Shown: positions 35,842 through 45,400 of the stretch, piece by piece
Layout: every line of letters starts with the position of its first letter
Numbering within the stretch: position 1 is the stretch's first letter
Virus record (IMG/VR): IMGVR_UViG_3300036793_000060
Location: 1-64,000 of that record
From: a virus
Taxonomy: Duplodnaviria; Caudoviricetes
DNA: 64,000 nt
Direction: 5' to 3' (one strand)
Program-made: the position numbers and the translations under genes
The notes under the pieces: model-generated
What the model was told of the DNA's origin: nothing
The model's input: the letters and a program-made list of their open reading frames with translations, nothing else
Database searches by the model: none

Positions 35842-36816
35842 CTAGGACGTGACCGCCTTCTGGTAGAACTCGATGTCCACCTTGAAGACCGAACCCTCGG
35901 TTACCTCGATTATGCCCGTGTTGGTGCCGTCGGTGGTCTGCGCGAGCTGCAGTGTCTGCGTCGTGCCGCGCAGCGCGGTCGAGACGGTGGCGTCGGCCGA
36001 TCCTGAGATGGTGCAGGGCAGGAACGTGGTGGCCGACGTGATCGAGGCGAGCGTGGACGTGAACGTCTGGTTGGGCGCGGACACCGAGGCGCCGAACACC
36101 GGGTACACGTTGCCGCGAGCGTGGGCATTGCCCCCGGCGATGTACACGCACCCCTCCAGCACCCAGCTGATCTTGACGCCGGTACCCCAGGCGGGAACCG
36201 GTACCTGCCAGGTTGCCAGGGCAGGCCAGGCTGTTGGGGATGTCCCGACCGTCCAGCTCACTGGGCTGGCTGCGCCAGAGGCCTGCAGCAGGGTCCGCTG
36301 CCTCTTGGGATTCGCCAGCACCCGGAGGTCGACGATGTAGCTCTGCTGCACGTTGGTAGTCGACGCGGGCATGTTGACCAGGCAGAGCGGGATGGCGGTG
36401 ACCCCGCCGGGCGGCCAGGTGGCCGAGCTGGACACGCCGGAGATGACGCGGGGAAAGATCGTCTGCGCTGCGGGGGAGCCGCCCCACGGGGAGCCGGAGA
36501 ACGTCGGGTCCTCCACCCGGACGACCACCATGTCTGTGCGCGGAGAGCCGGACGTGGCCGCGATCGTGACGGACGTGTCGATGCCCACGTTGTATCCGTA
36601 GTAGGCGCCCTGGTTGGCGATCTCCACCCCGTCAATGATGCACTCGCCGCCGCTGATGCTCACGATGTTGTTGGTGCCGGTGGCCGTGCAGATCATGTCG
36701 AGCGGGTTGGTGATGCCGCCGGGGCTGGCCAGCGACAGCGCCTCGGCCATCTGCCGCCACAGCTGGCTGCTGGTGTTGCCGCCGTCGATCTGGTACGTGA
36801 GCGCGCTGAATGTCAT
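35842..36816 (-). CDS. Minor tail protein (baseplate upper-like)
   Basis: PRTDMVVVRVEDP, IPLCLV...A...I.DLR motifs. Confidence 0.75.
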   Translation of the reverse strand: MTFSALTYQIDGGNTSSQLWRQMAEALSLASPGGITNPLDMICTATGTNNIVSISGGECIIDGVEIANQGAYYGYNVGIDTSVTIAATSGSPRTDMVVVRVEDPTFSGSPWGGSPAAQTIFPRVISGVSSSATWPPGGVTAIPLCLVNMPASTTNVQQSYIVDLRVLANPKRQRTLLQASGAASPVSWTVGTSPTAWPALATWQVPVPAWGTGVKISWVLEGCVYIAGGNAHARGNVYPVFGASVSAPNQTFTSTLASITSATTFLPCTISGSADATVSTALRGTTQTLQLAQTTDGTNTGIIEVTEGSVFKVDIEFYQKAVTS

Positions 36817-36818
36817 GG

Positions 36819-37733
36819 CTAGTAGCTTCCTCCGAGCGACTGCGTCGCGTTGTACCAGGCGATGGTGGCCGACGCGATCCCGCTGCGCGAGGGGGTGCCG
36901 GACAGCTGCACGGTGGTCGTGCCCGGCCACAGCTGCATGCCGATCAGTGGCGTGCCCGTCATGCCTCCTGCGGCCGACGCCGCGCCGATCATGAACGTCC
37001 TGGCCCACGGCCTGGTGTCGACCACTAGGGACTGCCCGCTGGCGAGGCTGCCGTTGTACCCGGTGAACACGGGCGTGCCGGTGAACGTCACCTGCGGGTT
37101 GGTGACCGGCCCGCTGATCGTGATCACCGGCCAGGTGGGCACCGTGCCGCCGATGGTGATCCTCGCGATGTCCCCGAGGTACGCGGGCTGCATCACGCCG
37201 GGCGGCTTGAAGGGCGCCGGGAATGCCAGGTTAGGGATCATCTGCAGCTGGATGACGTTCTGGATGTCCTCGTAGACGTTGTTGTCCGCGCACTGGAACT
37301 GAGCCGTCCAGGGCATCAGGCCCTGGAATACCTGCCCGTAGCCTGGGGTGATGGCCCGGCCCCGCCCGTAGACGCGGCGCACGACGGCCGAGCCTGGGTA
37401 GTACAGCCGCAGGATCTGGTACCGGTTGTCTGCCAGGCGGATCACCGGGTCATTCCAGGCTGCGGAGAGCGCGTCGAAGGCATCCATCGCGTACGCCCCG
37501 GTAGCGGGCGTAGTCATGGCCTGCCCGGTCTGCGTGATGACCGCGCCTGCCTGCGTGTCGACGCCGAACAGCACGCCGTCGTGGCCGACCACCGACTGGT
37601 CCTGGACGACCATGGTGCCCGGAGAGTAGGCCGTGTTCACGACCTGGATGCTGGAGGCGCCCCGGCCGTAGGTGAGCGCGTTGCTCCCGTCGTCGCGGGT
37701 GAGCTGGTACTGGCCCGAGGAGAGGCTAGGCAT
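36819..37733 (-). CDS. Distal tail (Dit)-like protein
   Basis: Directly after TMP; TWPVITISGPVTNP, L.PGTTTV. Confidence 0.75.
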   Translation of the reverse strand: MPSLSSGQYQLTRDDGSNALTYGRGASSIQVVNTAYSPGTMVVQDQSVVGHDGVLFGVDTQAGAVITQTGQAMTTPATGAYAMDAFDALSAAWNDPVIRLADNRYQILRLYYPGSAVVRRVYGRGRAITPGYGQVFQGLMPWTAQFQCADNNVYEDIQNVIQLQMIPNLAFPAPFKPPGVMQPAYLGDIARITIGGTVPTWPVITISGPVTNPQVTFTGTPVFTGYNGSLASGQSLVVDTRPWARTFMIGAASAAGGMTGTPLIGMQLWPGTTTVQLSGTPSRSGIASATIAWYNATQSLGGSY

Positions 37734-40700
37734 TGGCCAGGTACCCGCTCATCTTCGCCGCGTGCAGCCGGTACTCCAGCTCGTTGAGCGCCTTGTTCAG
37801 GCTCATGTTGTCCGGCTGCATGATGTTGATCGTGTCAGCGATCTTGCTGCTCCCCCAGCCGGGCTGCGAGGGCGCGGTGCCGCCCATCGGGGACACCCAC
37901 TCCGGCCCGCGCTCGCCGAACATGTACCGATCGCCCGACTTCAGGCCGGTGCCGAGCACAGGCTCGTAGATCGGGCCGCCGTCCCCGTACCAGTGCATCG
38001 ACTGCTCATGTGCCCAGGCGGCACCAGGGTTGCCATAGCGACTTCTGATGTAGTTGAGCATGGCAATGATCTGGCCGGGGATGGTGGTCGGGTTGCCGCC
38101 CCACGTGTAGTACTCGCTAGGCCCGAGGATGAACTGCGCCAGCCCGTAGGCGCCCGAGCCGGGGTTCTGCGCGGTCGGGTTGAAGCCTGCCTCGGCCATC
38201 TCGACGTCGTAGAGGGCATTCCACTGGCCGCCCGTCCACCCGTAGCCTGCGGCCATCGTCCGCATGATGCCCTCGATGACGGCCTGGCTGGCGCTCAGGC
38301 CGCCCGCAGGGGGTCCTGGGAGGCCGATGGCGGACTTGGCGGCGGCGGCCACGCTGGCGGCTGCCTTGGCGGCTACGTGCTTGGCCTGTGTCATGCCGAT
38401 GCCGATGCCGTTCATGATGTGCATGCCGGCGTCGATGGCCCACTGGGGCGGGGAGTGGATCCCCAGCGCGTGCAGGATGGCCGTGGGCAGCCCCTTGAAG
38501 AAGTTGTATACGTCGGTCCATATCCCCTTGATGCCGTTGTACAGGCCTATGAGGATATTCCGGCCGCCCTGTGTCAGCCAGTTAGCGGACCCGGTGAACG
38601 TGCGGACGATGGACCCGTATATCCCGTGGAAGAAGTTGAATATCGTCGTCCACGTGGCCTTGGTGTCGTTATAGACGGTCCCCCAGATCTGGTGCCAGTG
38701 CTGGTACAGCTCAATGGCTCCGAGGGCGATCAGTCCAGCCGGTCCCAGCAATGGCAGCAGGAACTTCCCGAACCCGTGCCATATGAAGTTCCAGGCGTCC
38801 GAGGCCGCCCCCTTGATGAATCCCCATATCTGCTTCCAGTGCTGCCAGACCTCAATGACGCCAAGGGCGATCCAGCCCACCGGCCCGAGCAGCGGCAGCA
38901 GGTACTTGCCGAACCCGTCCCAGATGAAGTGCCAGGCGTCCTCGGCGATCCGCTTGATGAACGCCCAGATAGTGCTCCAGTGCTTGTACACCTCGAATAC
39001 GGCTACCCCGAGGGCGACAAGGGCAAGGATAATGACACCGATCGGGTTGGCGTCCAGGGCGATGTTGAGGATTGCCTGCGCTATCGCCCACAGCTTCACC
39101 GCCGCGACGATTGCGAGGATGGCGCCGACTATTCCTGTCAGTACATTCGGGGGAATGGCGTTAATGATGGCCGACAGCGCGTCTGCGACCCCGGTTATCG
39201 CCCCGACCAGCGCAATGGTGAACAGCTTCGCGAACGTGAGCAGCAGCGGGAGCACCACGGGCAGGATCTGCGCGATTGACTTCAGCACCTCCGTGGCCAG
39301 CTGGGTCAGCGGGGGAAGCAGCACCTCGATCGCCGACACCAGCCCGCCGATGAGGATCCCCGACAGCTGGGAGATGAACTGGATGACCGGCGGCAGGATG
39401 GGAGTCAGCCCCTTGACCAGCGCGTCGATCAGCTTGGCCAGGGGCTTGACCAGCCCCTCGATCGCGTCGCCGAGGATGGCGAACGTGCCTGTGTTCTCCA
39501 GCACGGTGAACACGCCGGAGATCGCCTTGGCGAACACTGTCAGCGACGGGGCGATAGCCTCCAGGAGCTGTGCCAGCGCCCCGAACGCGGCGACCAGGTC
39601 ACCGAGGATGGCTCCCGCGAGCGACGCCAGCACCCTGCCGATGAGCGTCAGGAACGGCAGGAGGGACTTGATGACCGCCGCGAGCTGGACGAACACGGGA
39701 GCCAGGGCAGCGGCGAAGATGGCGGCCAGCTTGCCGATGATGGGCAGCAGCGCGCCGACCACGTCGAACAGCGCCTTGAAGATGGTGCTGCTCGCCTTGA
39801 TGACCGGCACGAACGCGGAGAACAGCCCGCTCAGGTCATGCCCTAGCGTGCCCAGCACCTGCGCAAGCACGGTGATCGCCGGGTTGGCGACCTTCAGCAG
39901 GGCGATGATCCCTGGCAGCGCCTGCTTGACGAACTGGCCGAGTCCGTCCAGGAGGATCTTCAGCAGGGGGGCGACGGTGGAGAATCCGGACCCGAGCGCA
40001 GGGAGGACGTCCTTGACGATGTCGCCCAGCCCGGCGATCAGCGGACCCGCCAGCACCAGCGCGCTCTTGAAGAACGTGTTCACCGTCGGCGTCAGCCCGT
40101 TGAGGAGGCTGGCCACCTGCTGGAGCACCTTCGCCATCGGCGCGGTCATCCCGGCGGTCATGTTCTGCCAGGCGTTCTGGATGCTGGTGATTGAGTGCAG
40201 GATGGCCTGCTGAGGGCCTGTGAGCGCCGCGATCTGCTGGTTGACCCCCTGCATCTGCTGGAGGGCTGCTGTCCGCGCAGCGGGCGTTGTGGCCGACTGC
40301 AGGGCCGTCTTCGCTGCAGACTGCGCCTGGAGGATCGGGCTTATGGGCTTGATCGCGCTCATCCCGCCGAGCGCCAGCGCGCCGATGCCGGCCCCGCCCA
40401 CGCCGAGCACCCCGAGGCCTGCCAGCAGCGGGCCTAGCCCACCGAGCACCGACCCGCCGAGTCCGACGATGCCTGATGTCTTCAGGCCCATGCCGAGGAT
40501 GCCCGGCCCGATCCCGCCGAGCAGGTTGCTGAAGAAGCCCCCGCCGCTGCTCCCCGGCTTCCCGCCGCTGCTCCCGCCTCCGCCGCTGCTCCCGCCGCCC
40601 ATCCCCAGCAGGCCGCGCATCGAGGTCGCGCGCTTCCCGCCGATGCCGAACAGGCCGCTCAGCCAGCCCCCGCCCTGGCGGTTGACCTCGTTGGTGGCTG

Positions 40701-41175
40701 CCGTGTTGGCGCTGTCGGCTGCCTCCTTGCCCGCTGCCCTGGCCTTGGCCTTGATGTCCGCGTCGTCGAACCCGAGCACGTCGTCGACTACGGTCTTCTG
40801 GGCGGGCGGCTTGACTCCGCCAGCCCCTCCTGGGGCGCTGACCAGCTTGCCCAGCGCGCCCTGCGAGCCGGACTGCAGGGCCGTGGGCGCCCCGGTGACC
40901 GGGTGCGGGGAGAACAGCGAGTTGAGCGTGCCCAGGACGCTGCCCTGCGGGGAGGACCGCAGCCGCATGGCCGCCTCGCGCGAGAGCTGGTTGTCCAGCT
41001 GGGCGAACATCCTGCTGGCACGGCCGAACGCGGCGTGGTCGAACGCGGCGGTGATCTTGACCTCGTGCCGGGCGCCAGTGAACCGCCGGACGCGGGCCTC
41101 GGCCTTGTCCATGTCCCTGTCGAACTGGTCCAGCCGGACGGTGAGCCGTGCCTCGATCGCACCCGCGTCGTACAC
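37726..41175 (-). CDS. Tape measure protein with C-terminal transglycosylase-like domain
   Basis: 1149 aa, Ala/Gly/Leu-rich repeats; EAGFNPTAQNPGSGAYGLAQF...YIRSRYG. Confidence 0.93.
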   Translation of the reverse strand: MYDAGAIEARLTVRLDQFDRDMDKAEARVRRFTGARHEVKITAAFDHAAFGRASRMFAQLDNQLSREAAMRLRSSPQGSVLGTLNSLFSPHPVTGAPTALQSGSQGALGKLVSAPGGAGGVKPPAQKTVVDDVLGFDDADIKAKARAAGKEAADSANTAATNEVNRQGGGWLSGLFGIGGKRATSMRGLLGMGGGSSGGGGSSGGKPGSSGGGFFSNLLGGIGPGILGMGLKTSGIVGLGGSVLGGLGPLLAGLGVLGVGGAGIGALALGGMSAIKPISPILQAQSAAKTALQSATTPAARTAALQQMQGVNQQIAALTGPQQAILHSITSIQNAWQNMTAGMTAPMAKVLQQVASLLNGLTPTVNTFFKSALVLAGPLIAGLGDIVKDVLPALGSGFSTVAPLLKILLDGLGQFVKQALPGIIALLKVANPAITVLAQVLGTLGHDLSGLFSAFVPVIKASSTIFKALFDVVGALLPIIGKLAAIFAAALAPVFVQLAAVIKSLLPFLTLIGRVLASLAGAILGDLVAAFGALAQLLEAIAPSLTVFAKAISGVFTVLENTGTFAILGDAIEGLVKPLAKLIDALVKGLTPILPPVIQFISQLSGILIGGLVSAIEVLLPPLTQLATEVLKSIAQILPVVLPLLLTFAKLFTIALVGAITGVADALSAIINAIPPNVLTGIVGAILAIVAAVKLWAIAQAILNIALDANPIGVIILALVALGVAVFEVYKHWSTIWAFIKRIAEDAWHFIWDGFGKYLLPLLGPVGWIALGVIEVWQHWKQIWGFIKGAASDAWNFIWHGFGKFLLPLLGPAGLIALGAIELYQHWHQIWGTVYNDTKATWTTIFNFFHGIYGSIVRTFTGSANWLTQGGRNILIGLYNGIKGIWTDVYNFFKGLPTAILHALGIHSPPQWAIDAGMHIMNGIGIGMTQAKHVAAKAAASVAAAAKSAIGLPGPPAGGLSASQAVIEGIMRTMAAGYGWTGGQWNALYDVEMAEAGFNPTAQNPGSGAYGLAQFILGPSEYYTWGGNPTTIPGQIIAMLNYIRSRYGNPGAAWAHEQSMHWYGDGGPIYEPVLGTGLKSGDRYMFGERGPEWVSPMGGTAPSQPGWGSSKIADTINIMQPDNMSLNKALNELEYRLHAAKMSGYLANA

Positions 41176-41188
41176 GGCTCACCTCCTC

Positions 41189-41509
41189 TAACGCTGCTGC
41201 GGCTGGCTTGCGCCCCGTCGCCCTGTCCAGGTCTTCCTTCATCTTCGCAAGGTCGATGACGTCCACGCCAGCGTCCACGTTGCTGCGGATCGTCGGTCCC
41301 TGCGGGGCCTTCTCCTCCTGGAGGGTGAACGGCACGTCCTCATCGGCCACCATCCCCTCGATGTACGTCTTCTGGATATCCCAGCTGAGGGTGTCCCACT
41401 CTGAGGCACTGATCTGCAGGTACTTGCGGACGACATACAGGATTACCCGACGGCTCAGCGCTTCCGGCTGCTCGCTGGCTGCGCTCCACCGCCGGTCGCG
41501 GCTTCCGGG
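41189..41509 (-). CDS. Tail assembly chaperone frameshift extension (T); apparent end at TTA 41189-41191
   Basis: -1 frame relative to G from candidate slip site CCCGGAA (41503-41509); no real stop until 39836. Confidence 0.55.
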
Positions 41510-41874
41510 GACATCACCTGCTCCTGCAGCCAGACGTAGAAGATGTTCCGGTGTCGTGGCGGCAGCGCCAGGATCTGCTCCCTGCTCGGGAACCCGGAGC
41601 ACAGGTCGGCCATTACCTCAGCCATCTTCTGGTTCATCGAGACCATCACCTCGACGTCCAGCTCGCCCATCGCGTCCATGATCGCCGCAGGGTCACTGGC
41701 GTCGATGTCCTGCGGGATCTGGTCGCGTACCTCCTTGGTCAGCGCCTTGTAGTCGTTGAGGAACTTGTTGATCTGGTCGTCATTCGGCTCCTTGATGGTG
41801 CCGTGCACGCTGACGAACGGCTCGAACGTGAAGTCGAGCGCATCGACGACCGATGCTGCGTTGAACTGCGGCAA
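41455..41874 (-). CDS. Tail assembly chaperone (G)
   Basis: Between MTP and TMP; LPPRHRNIF..WL. Confidence 0.8.
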   Translation of the reverse strand: MPQFNAASVVDALDFTFEPFVSVHGTIKEPNDDQINKFLNDYKALTKEVRDQIPQDIDASDPAAIMDAMGELDVEVMVSMNQKMAEVMADLCSGFPSREQILALPPRHRNIFYVWLQEQVMSPEAATGGGAQPASSRKR

Positions 41875-41955
41875 TGTGACTCCTCGCGCCCGGTGCTGCC
41901 CGGTTGGAGCCGCCAGCCCCGCACCGGGCGGGCGGGACTGGCGGCGTTCTCGGCA

Positions 41956-42573
41956 CTACGAGGTGGCGACCGCCGTCAGGTCGGTCCAGGTGATGGCGTT
42001 GAAGGGGCAGATGACCGACAGCGTCAGCGGGTACAGGCGCTGCTGCGCCGCCCTGCGGAACGCGGTCTGGACCTGCCCGGCGCTGACCATGACCGGGACG
42101 TACAGGACGCGGGCGAAGCCCAGCTGGTTCTTGCCGACCAGCGCGACGGACAGCGTCGAGAAGTTGGTCGACAAGGTCAGCACCTGCTTGCCGGGCTGGC
42201 CTGCCCCGGCCGCCGTGGTGGCGATCGAGCCGCCGTTGCCCCACGTGGTGTTGATGTTGACCAGCGTCTCCTCAGACAGGTTGCAGGTGACCTGGAGGTC
42301 TGCCGTGGAGATCGCGACGCCGACGGGGGTCGGCTGCTCCTCGATCATGATGTTCTGCGTGGTCGGGTTGAAGGTGAGCGTGACGCCCGCCTCGGTCGAC
42401 CCGACGTAGCTCCAGCCAAGGCCTAGCCAGGAGGACCCGATGCCCAGCGACGCGTCGCCGGGGACGGTGGCCCCGACGCCGGGCGAGGGGTTGGGCGCGG
42501 TGAACGCGATTGCCATGCCGTACAGCACGTTGAGGACGTTGTACGCAGGCGGGGTGTACGGCAGCGTTGGCAA
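41956..42573 (-). CDS. Major tail protein
   Basis: W..VGSTEAGVTLTF...EEQ...L.E.TL.N, actinophage MTP pattern. Confidence 0.85.
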   Translation of the reverse strand: MPTLPYTPPAYNVLNVLYGMAIAFTAPNPSPGVGATVPGDASLGIGSSWLGLGWSYVGSTEAGVTLTFNPTTQNIMIEEQPTPVGVAISTADLQVTCNLSEETLVNINTTWGNGGSIATTAAGAGQPGKQVLTLSTNFSTLSVALVGKNQLGFARVLYVPVMVSAGQVQTAFRRAAQQRLYPLTLSVICPFNAITWTDLTAVATS

Positions 42574-42577
42574 CTGC

Positions 42578-42910
42578 TCATCCTTCCTCGGTCAGCGTCA
42601 CGCCAGCCTCGCTGGCGGACTGCATGAGGCCGGGCACCGCAGAGGCGGGTACCTCGGTGGGGTCCGTCCCGACGGTTACCCCGCCGTAGGTGAAGCTCTC
42701 GTGCGGCGGCTGGACGCTCAGCGTCACGGTGCCCGAGCGCAGGTGCGGGGGCAGCCCAGGCGGGTCCAGGGCGTCCGCCTGGGCGCGCAGCCTGGCTGCC
42801 TGGCTGGCAGGGTTCTCGGCCATCACAGCCGCGTCCTCGGCCGACACGGAGCCGTACGCGGGCAGCTCCGCGTCCGGGGGCGGCGTCGCGTCGTCTTCTG
42901 GTGTCGTCAT
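42578..42910 (-). CDS. Hypothetical virion protein
   Basis: ORF in the tail operon. Confidence 0.6.
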   Translation of the reverse strand: MTTPEDDATPPPDAELPAYGSVSAEDAAVMAENPASQAARLRAQADALDPPGLPPHLRSGTVTLSVQPPHESFTYGGVTVGTDPTEVPASAVPGLMQSASEAGVTLTEEG

Positions 42911-42923
42911 GCCTGTGATCCTC

Positions 42924-43394
42924 TCACGCCTGGATGACCTGGTACGCGCGCACGGCCAGCGTGGTGGTGGTCGTGAAGTCGACGCACACGGACCCCTGCG
43001 CGGCAGCGGCCACGGCGCCGCCGACCGGCGACCCGAAGTTCGCATTGACGTTCGAGATGTTGTACGTGTTCATGTTCCACGGCCCCAGCCAGCCGCTGGA
43101 GCTGGCGGTGATCGTGAACTGCTGCGTGGTGTGCGGGAGAACCTGGCCTGTCGTGCCGACTGTCTGCCCGATCAGCACCTCGGAGATCCCGCCGGCCGTC
43201 GCGCCGCACCAGTAGACGAGGATGATCAGCCCGTTGTTGGGGATCATCACGCCGTTGTTGCTGCCCCAGGCGGTGAACGTCCCGCCTGGGCTGCCTGTGT
43301 CGTACCCCGGAGTGGCCGGCGGCAGGGCGGGGAACGCGGTTCCCCCGGCTCCCGCGTTGAAGCTGACCGGGCTTATCGCAACTCTTCCCGCCAT
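42924..43394 (-). CDS. Hypothetical virion protein
   Basis: ORF in the neck/tail operon. Confidence 0.6.
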   Translation of the reverse strand: MAGRVAISPVSFNAGAGGTAFPALPPATPGYDTGSPGGTFTAWGSNNGVMIPNNGLIILVYWCGATAGGISEVLIGQTVGTTGQVLPHTTQQFTITASSSGWLGPWNMNTYNISNVNANFGSPVGGAVAAAAQGSVCVDFTTTTTLAVRAYQVIQA

Positions 43395-43398
43395 GTTC

Positions 43399-43830
43399 TC
43401 AGGCTCCTGTCTGACTGGTGAGCAGGTACGTGCACGTGTACTCGAACCTGCGGTCAGCCGGGTCGAGAGGGAGCGGGGCCGGTGGTGCACCACTGCGCGT
43501 CGCCAACTGGATGCTAACGCCATCGACCGTGATCGGGTAGCTCGCCGTGAGGATCAGCCAGTCCAGCTGCTGCATCGCCAGCTCCGGGGCGAGCGTGTCA
43601 TCGGACGGGCCGCGCAGCCTCACCTGGAATCCCCAGCTGTCCAGGCCGGCCTCCTCGGTGACGTAGCCGGGGCCAGTGGTGGGCGTCAGGAACACCGCCT
43701 GGTCGGGTGACGCGAGGATCTCCGGCCCTGGGTACAGCGGGTAGCCGCTCTCCTGGGTGACGTTCCACCCGAGCGCGGTGATGAAGTCGGCCAGCAGCTG
43801 CGTCTTGGCCACGGTGGGCAGCGGCATCAC
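43399..43830 (-). CDS. Tail terminator / minor capsid-like protein
   Basis: PDQAVFLTPT.GPG...FQVRLRG...RRFE.TCTY. Confidence 0.7.
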   Translation of the reverse strand: MMPLPTVAKTQLLADFITALGWNVTQESGYPLYPGPEILASPDQAVFLTPTTGPGYVTEEAGLDSWGFQVRLRGPSDDTLAPELAMQQLDWLILTASYPITVDGVSIQLATRSGAPPAPLPLDPADRRFEYTCTYLLTSQTGA

Positions 43831-44402
43831 AGCCTCCCGCGCGGCGGGTGCGGCTCGTTCTTGCCTGGGATGACCATGATCTTGCCGTGCCTGAAGAAGT
43901 AGACGGTCAGCCCGGCCGCCAGCCTCGCGCGCATGATCGCACGGCTCTTGGCCCGCAGCTCCTGCTTAGTGAGCCGCTGGACCTTAGGCTCGCGGTCGCG
44001 GGTGACCCGGCCGCTGTCAGCCTCTCCGCTGCCGCCCGTCAGCAGGCGGGGGTGGCCTGACTTGTGCAGGTCACCCCACTCGCGCGGCGCGTGGATCTCC
44101 ACCTGGTCGCTCAGGTGCTCCGCGCTGCGCCACAGCGCGTCCTCGCCGCCGTCCCGCAGGACTTCCCGCGCGTACGCGCGCAGGTAGTCGGCGTAGTTCT
44201 CGTGCAGCGGCCCCTCCAGGTACTTGGCCCGGCCGCCGCGCGGGTGGTGCAGGTCCAGGCGCTCGTGCTGGTAGTGGGCGTACGCCTGGTCGACGACGAC
44301 GGACGCGGTAATCCGGCCCTCGCGGCTGTGCACGAGGTCGCGCAGCTCGCTGATCCTGTCGGAGAACGTCGTCGCCACGCGGTCACCCCTGGTAGATGGC
44401 AC
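43827..44402 (-). CDS. Neck/head-closure (HK97 gp10-like) protein
   Basis: YAHYQHE..DLHHP.GG.AKYLE.PL; P...G.L..SG. Confidence 0.6.
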   Translation of the reverse strand: MPSTRGDRVATTFSDRISELRDLVHSREGRITASVVVDQAYAHYQHERLDLHHPRGGRAKYLEGPLHENYADYLRAYAREVLRDGGEDALWRSAEHLSDQVEIHAPREWGDLHKSGHPRLLTGGSGEADSGRVTRDREPKVQRLTKQELRAKSRAIMRARLAAGLTVYFFRHGKIMVIPGKNEPHPPRGRL

Positions 44403-44922
44403 CGCCGGACAGCGAGTCGTCGCCGCGCGGGGTCCACATGCCGTAGGGGGTGTCGGAGGTCAGGTAGCCGGTGAACTGGTCGATCCGCGTGTTGGAGTCA
44501 TTGCCGTTGAAGATCGGCGGGATGCGGTTGATGACCGTCCCCGTCTCGGAGTTGATCCCGCCGGCCGCCGCCGGGTCGAGCCTGATCTTGCCGTCGCGCA
44601 CGTCGTTGAGCAGCGTCATGGCGTCCTTGTACGCCAGGTAGACCGGGTGGGTGGCCGGGAACTCCTTGTTCTTCAGGTAGATCCTGGTCGCGTAGAACGC
44701 CGCCAGGTCAAGGGTGAGCGGCTGGAAGACGTCCGGCGGCACGGCCTGCGGCACGGAGCTGTCCATGATCGAGCCGAAGTAGACAGACACGCGGGTGCTG
44801 GCTGCGGTCAGCGCCTGCGTGAGCTGCTGGTCGGTGAGCTTGGCCGCCGTGCCTTGTCCGTCGTCGGTGCTCTGCACCCAGCTCCGCAGGTCAGCGATGC
44901 TCGCGTAGAGAGTTACCGTCAC
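44383..44922 (-). CDS. Head-to-tail adaptor (Mu gp36/DUF1320-like)
   Basis: YASIADL...AS..V..Y...DLA.FY...Y.DA...L.DVRDGK.L. Confidence 0.75.
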   Translation of the reverse strand: MTVTLYASIADLRSWVQSTDDGQGTAAKLTDQQLTQALTAASTRVSVYFGSIMDSSVPQAVPPDVFQPLTLDLAAFYATRIYLKNKEFPATHPVYLAYKDAMTLLNDVRDGKIRLDPAAAGGINSETGTVINRIPPIFNGNDSNTRIDQFTGYLTSDTPYGMWTPRGDDSLSGGAIYQG

Positions 44923-45104
44923 GGAACCGCCCCCGCCAGCACCCAGGAGGCGAAGCCCCCGAAGCCGAAGGCCCAGGCCGACAGGCCGGTCAGGACCCCG
45001 CCGGCCGCGAGGGCGGCGATGACGAACAGGAAGCAGGCCACGAACAGCAGGACCCGGCTGAAGGTGATGGCGTATGCGCTCGCCACGGGCTGGACTGGTG
45101 TCAT
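44919..45104 (-). CDS. Small membrane protein (2 TM)
   Basis: Entirely hydrophobic. Confidence 0.6.
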   Translation of the reverse strand: MTPVQPVASAYAITFSRVLLFVACFLFVIAALAAGGVLTGLSAWAFGFGGFASWVLAGAVP

Positions 45105-45125
45105 GGTCTCACCTACTTCCCCGGA

Positions 45126-45395
45126 TTACTGCGGGTAGGCGTACGGCATCCCGCTGGTGCCCGTCGGCCCGTTGATGCCCGTGTTCTCCATGAACGCCCC
45201 GACCGACGCGCCGCCGCTGTCGTACTTCTGCTGCGTGGTCAGCCCGGTGATGTACCCGGTGAGCGCCGTCGCCAGCGCCGACCCCACCGGGACGTCGATA
45301 AGGGTGCCACGCTGGATGAAGTTGTTTGGCACGCCATCGTAGGTGAACGTGCCCGCCTGAATGTCCTTGGTGACTACCTGTCCGTTAGCTGCCAT
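45126..45395 (-). CDS. Hypothetical protein
   Basis: RBS GGAGA; MAANGQVV. Confidence 0.6.
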   Translation of the reverse strand: MAANGQVVTKDIQAGTFTYDGVPNNFIQRGTLIDVPVGSALATALTGYITGLTTQQKYDSGGASVGAFMENTGINGPTGTSGMPYAYPQ

Positions 45396-45400
45396 GTCTC

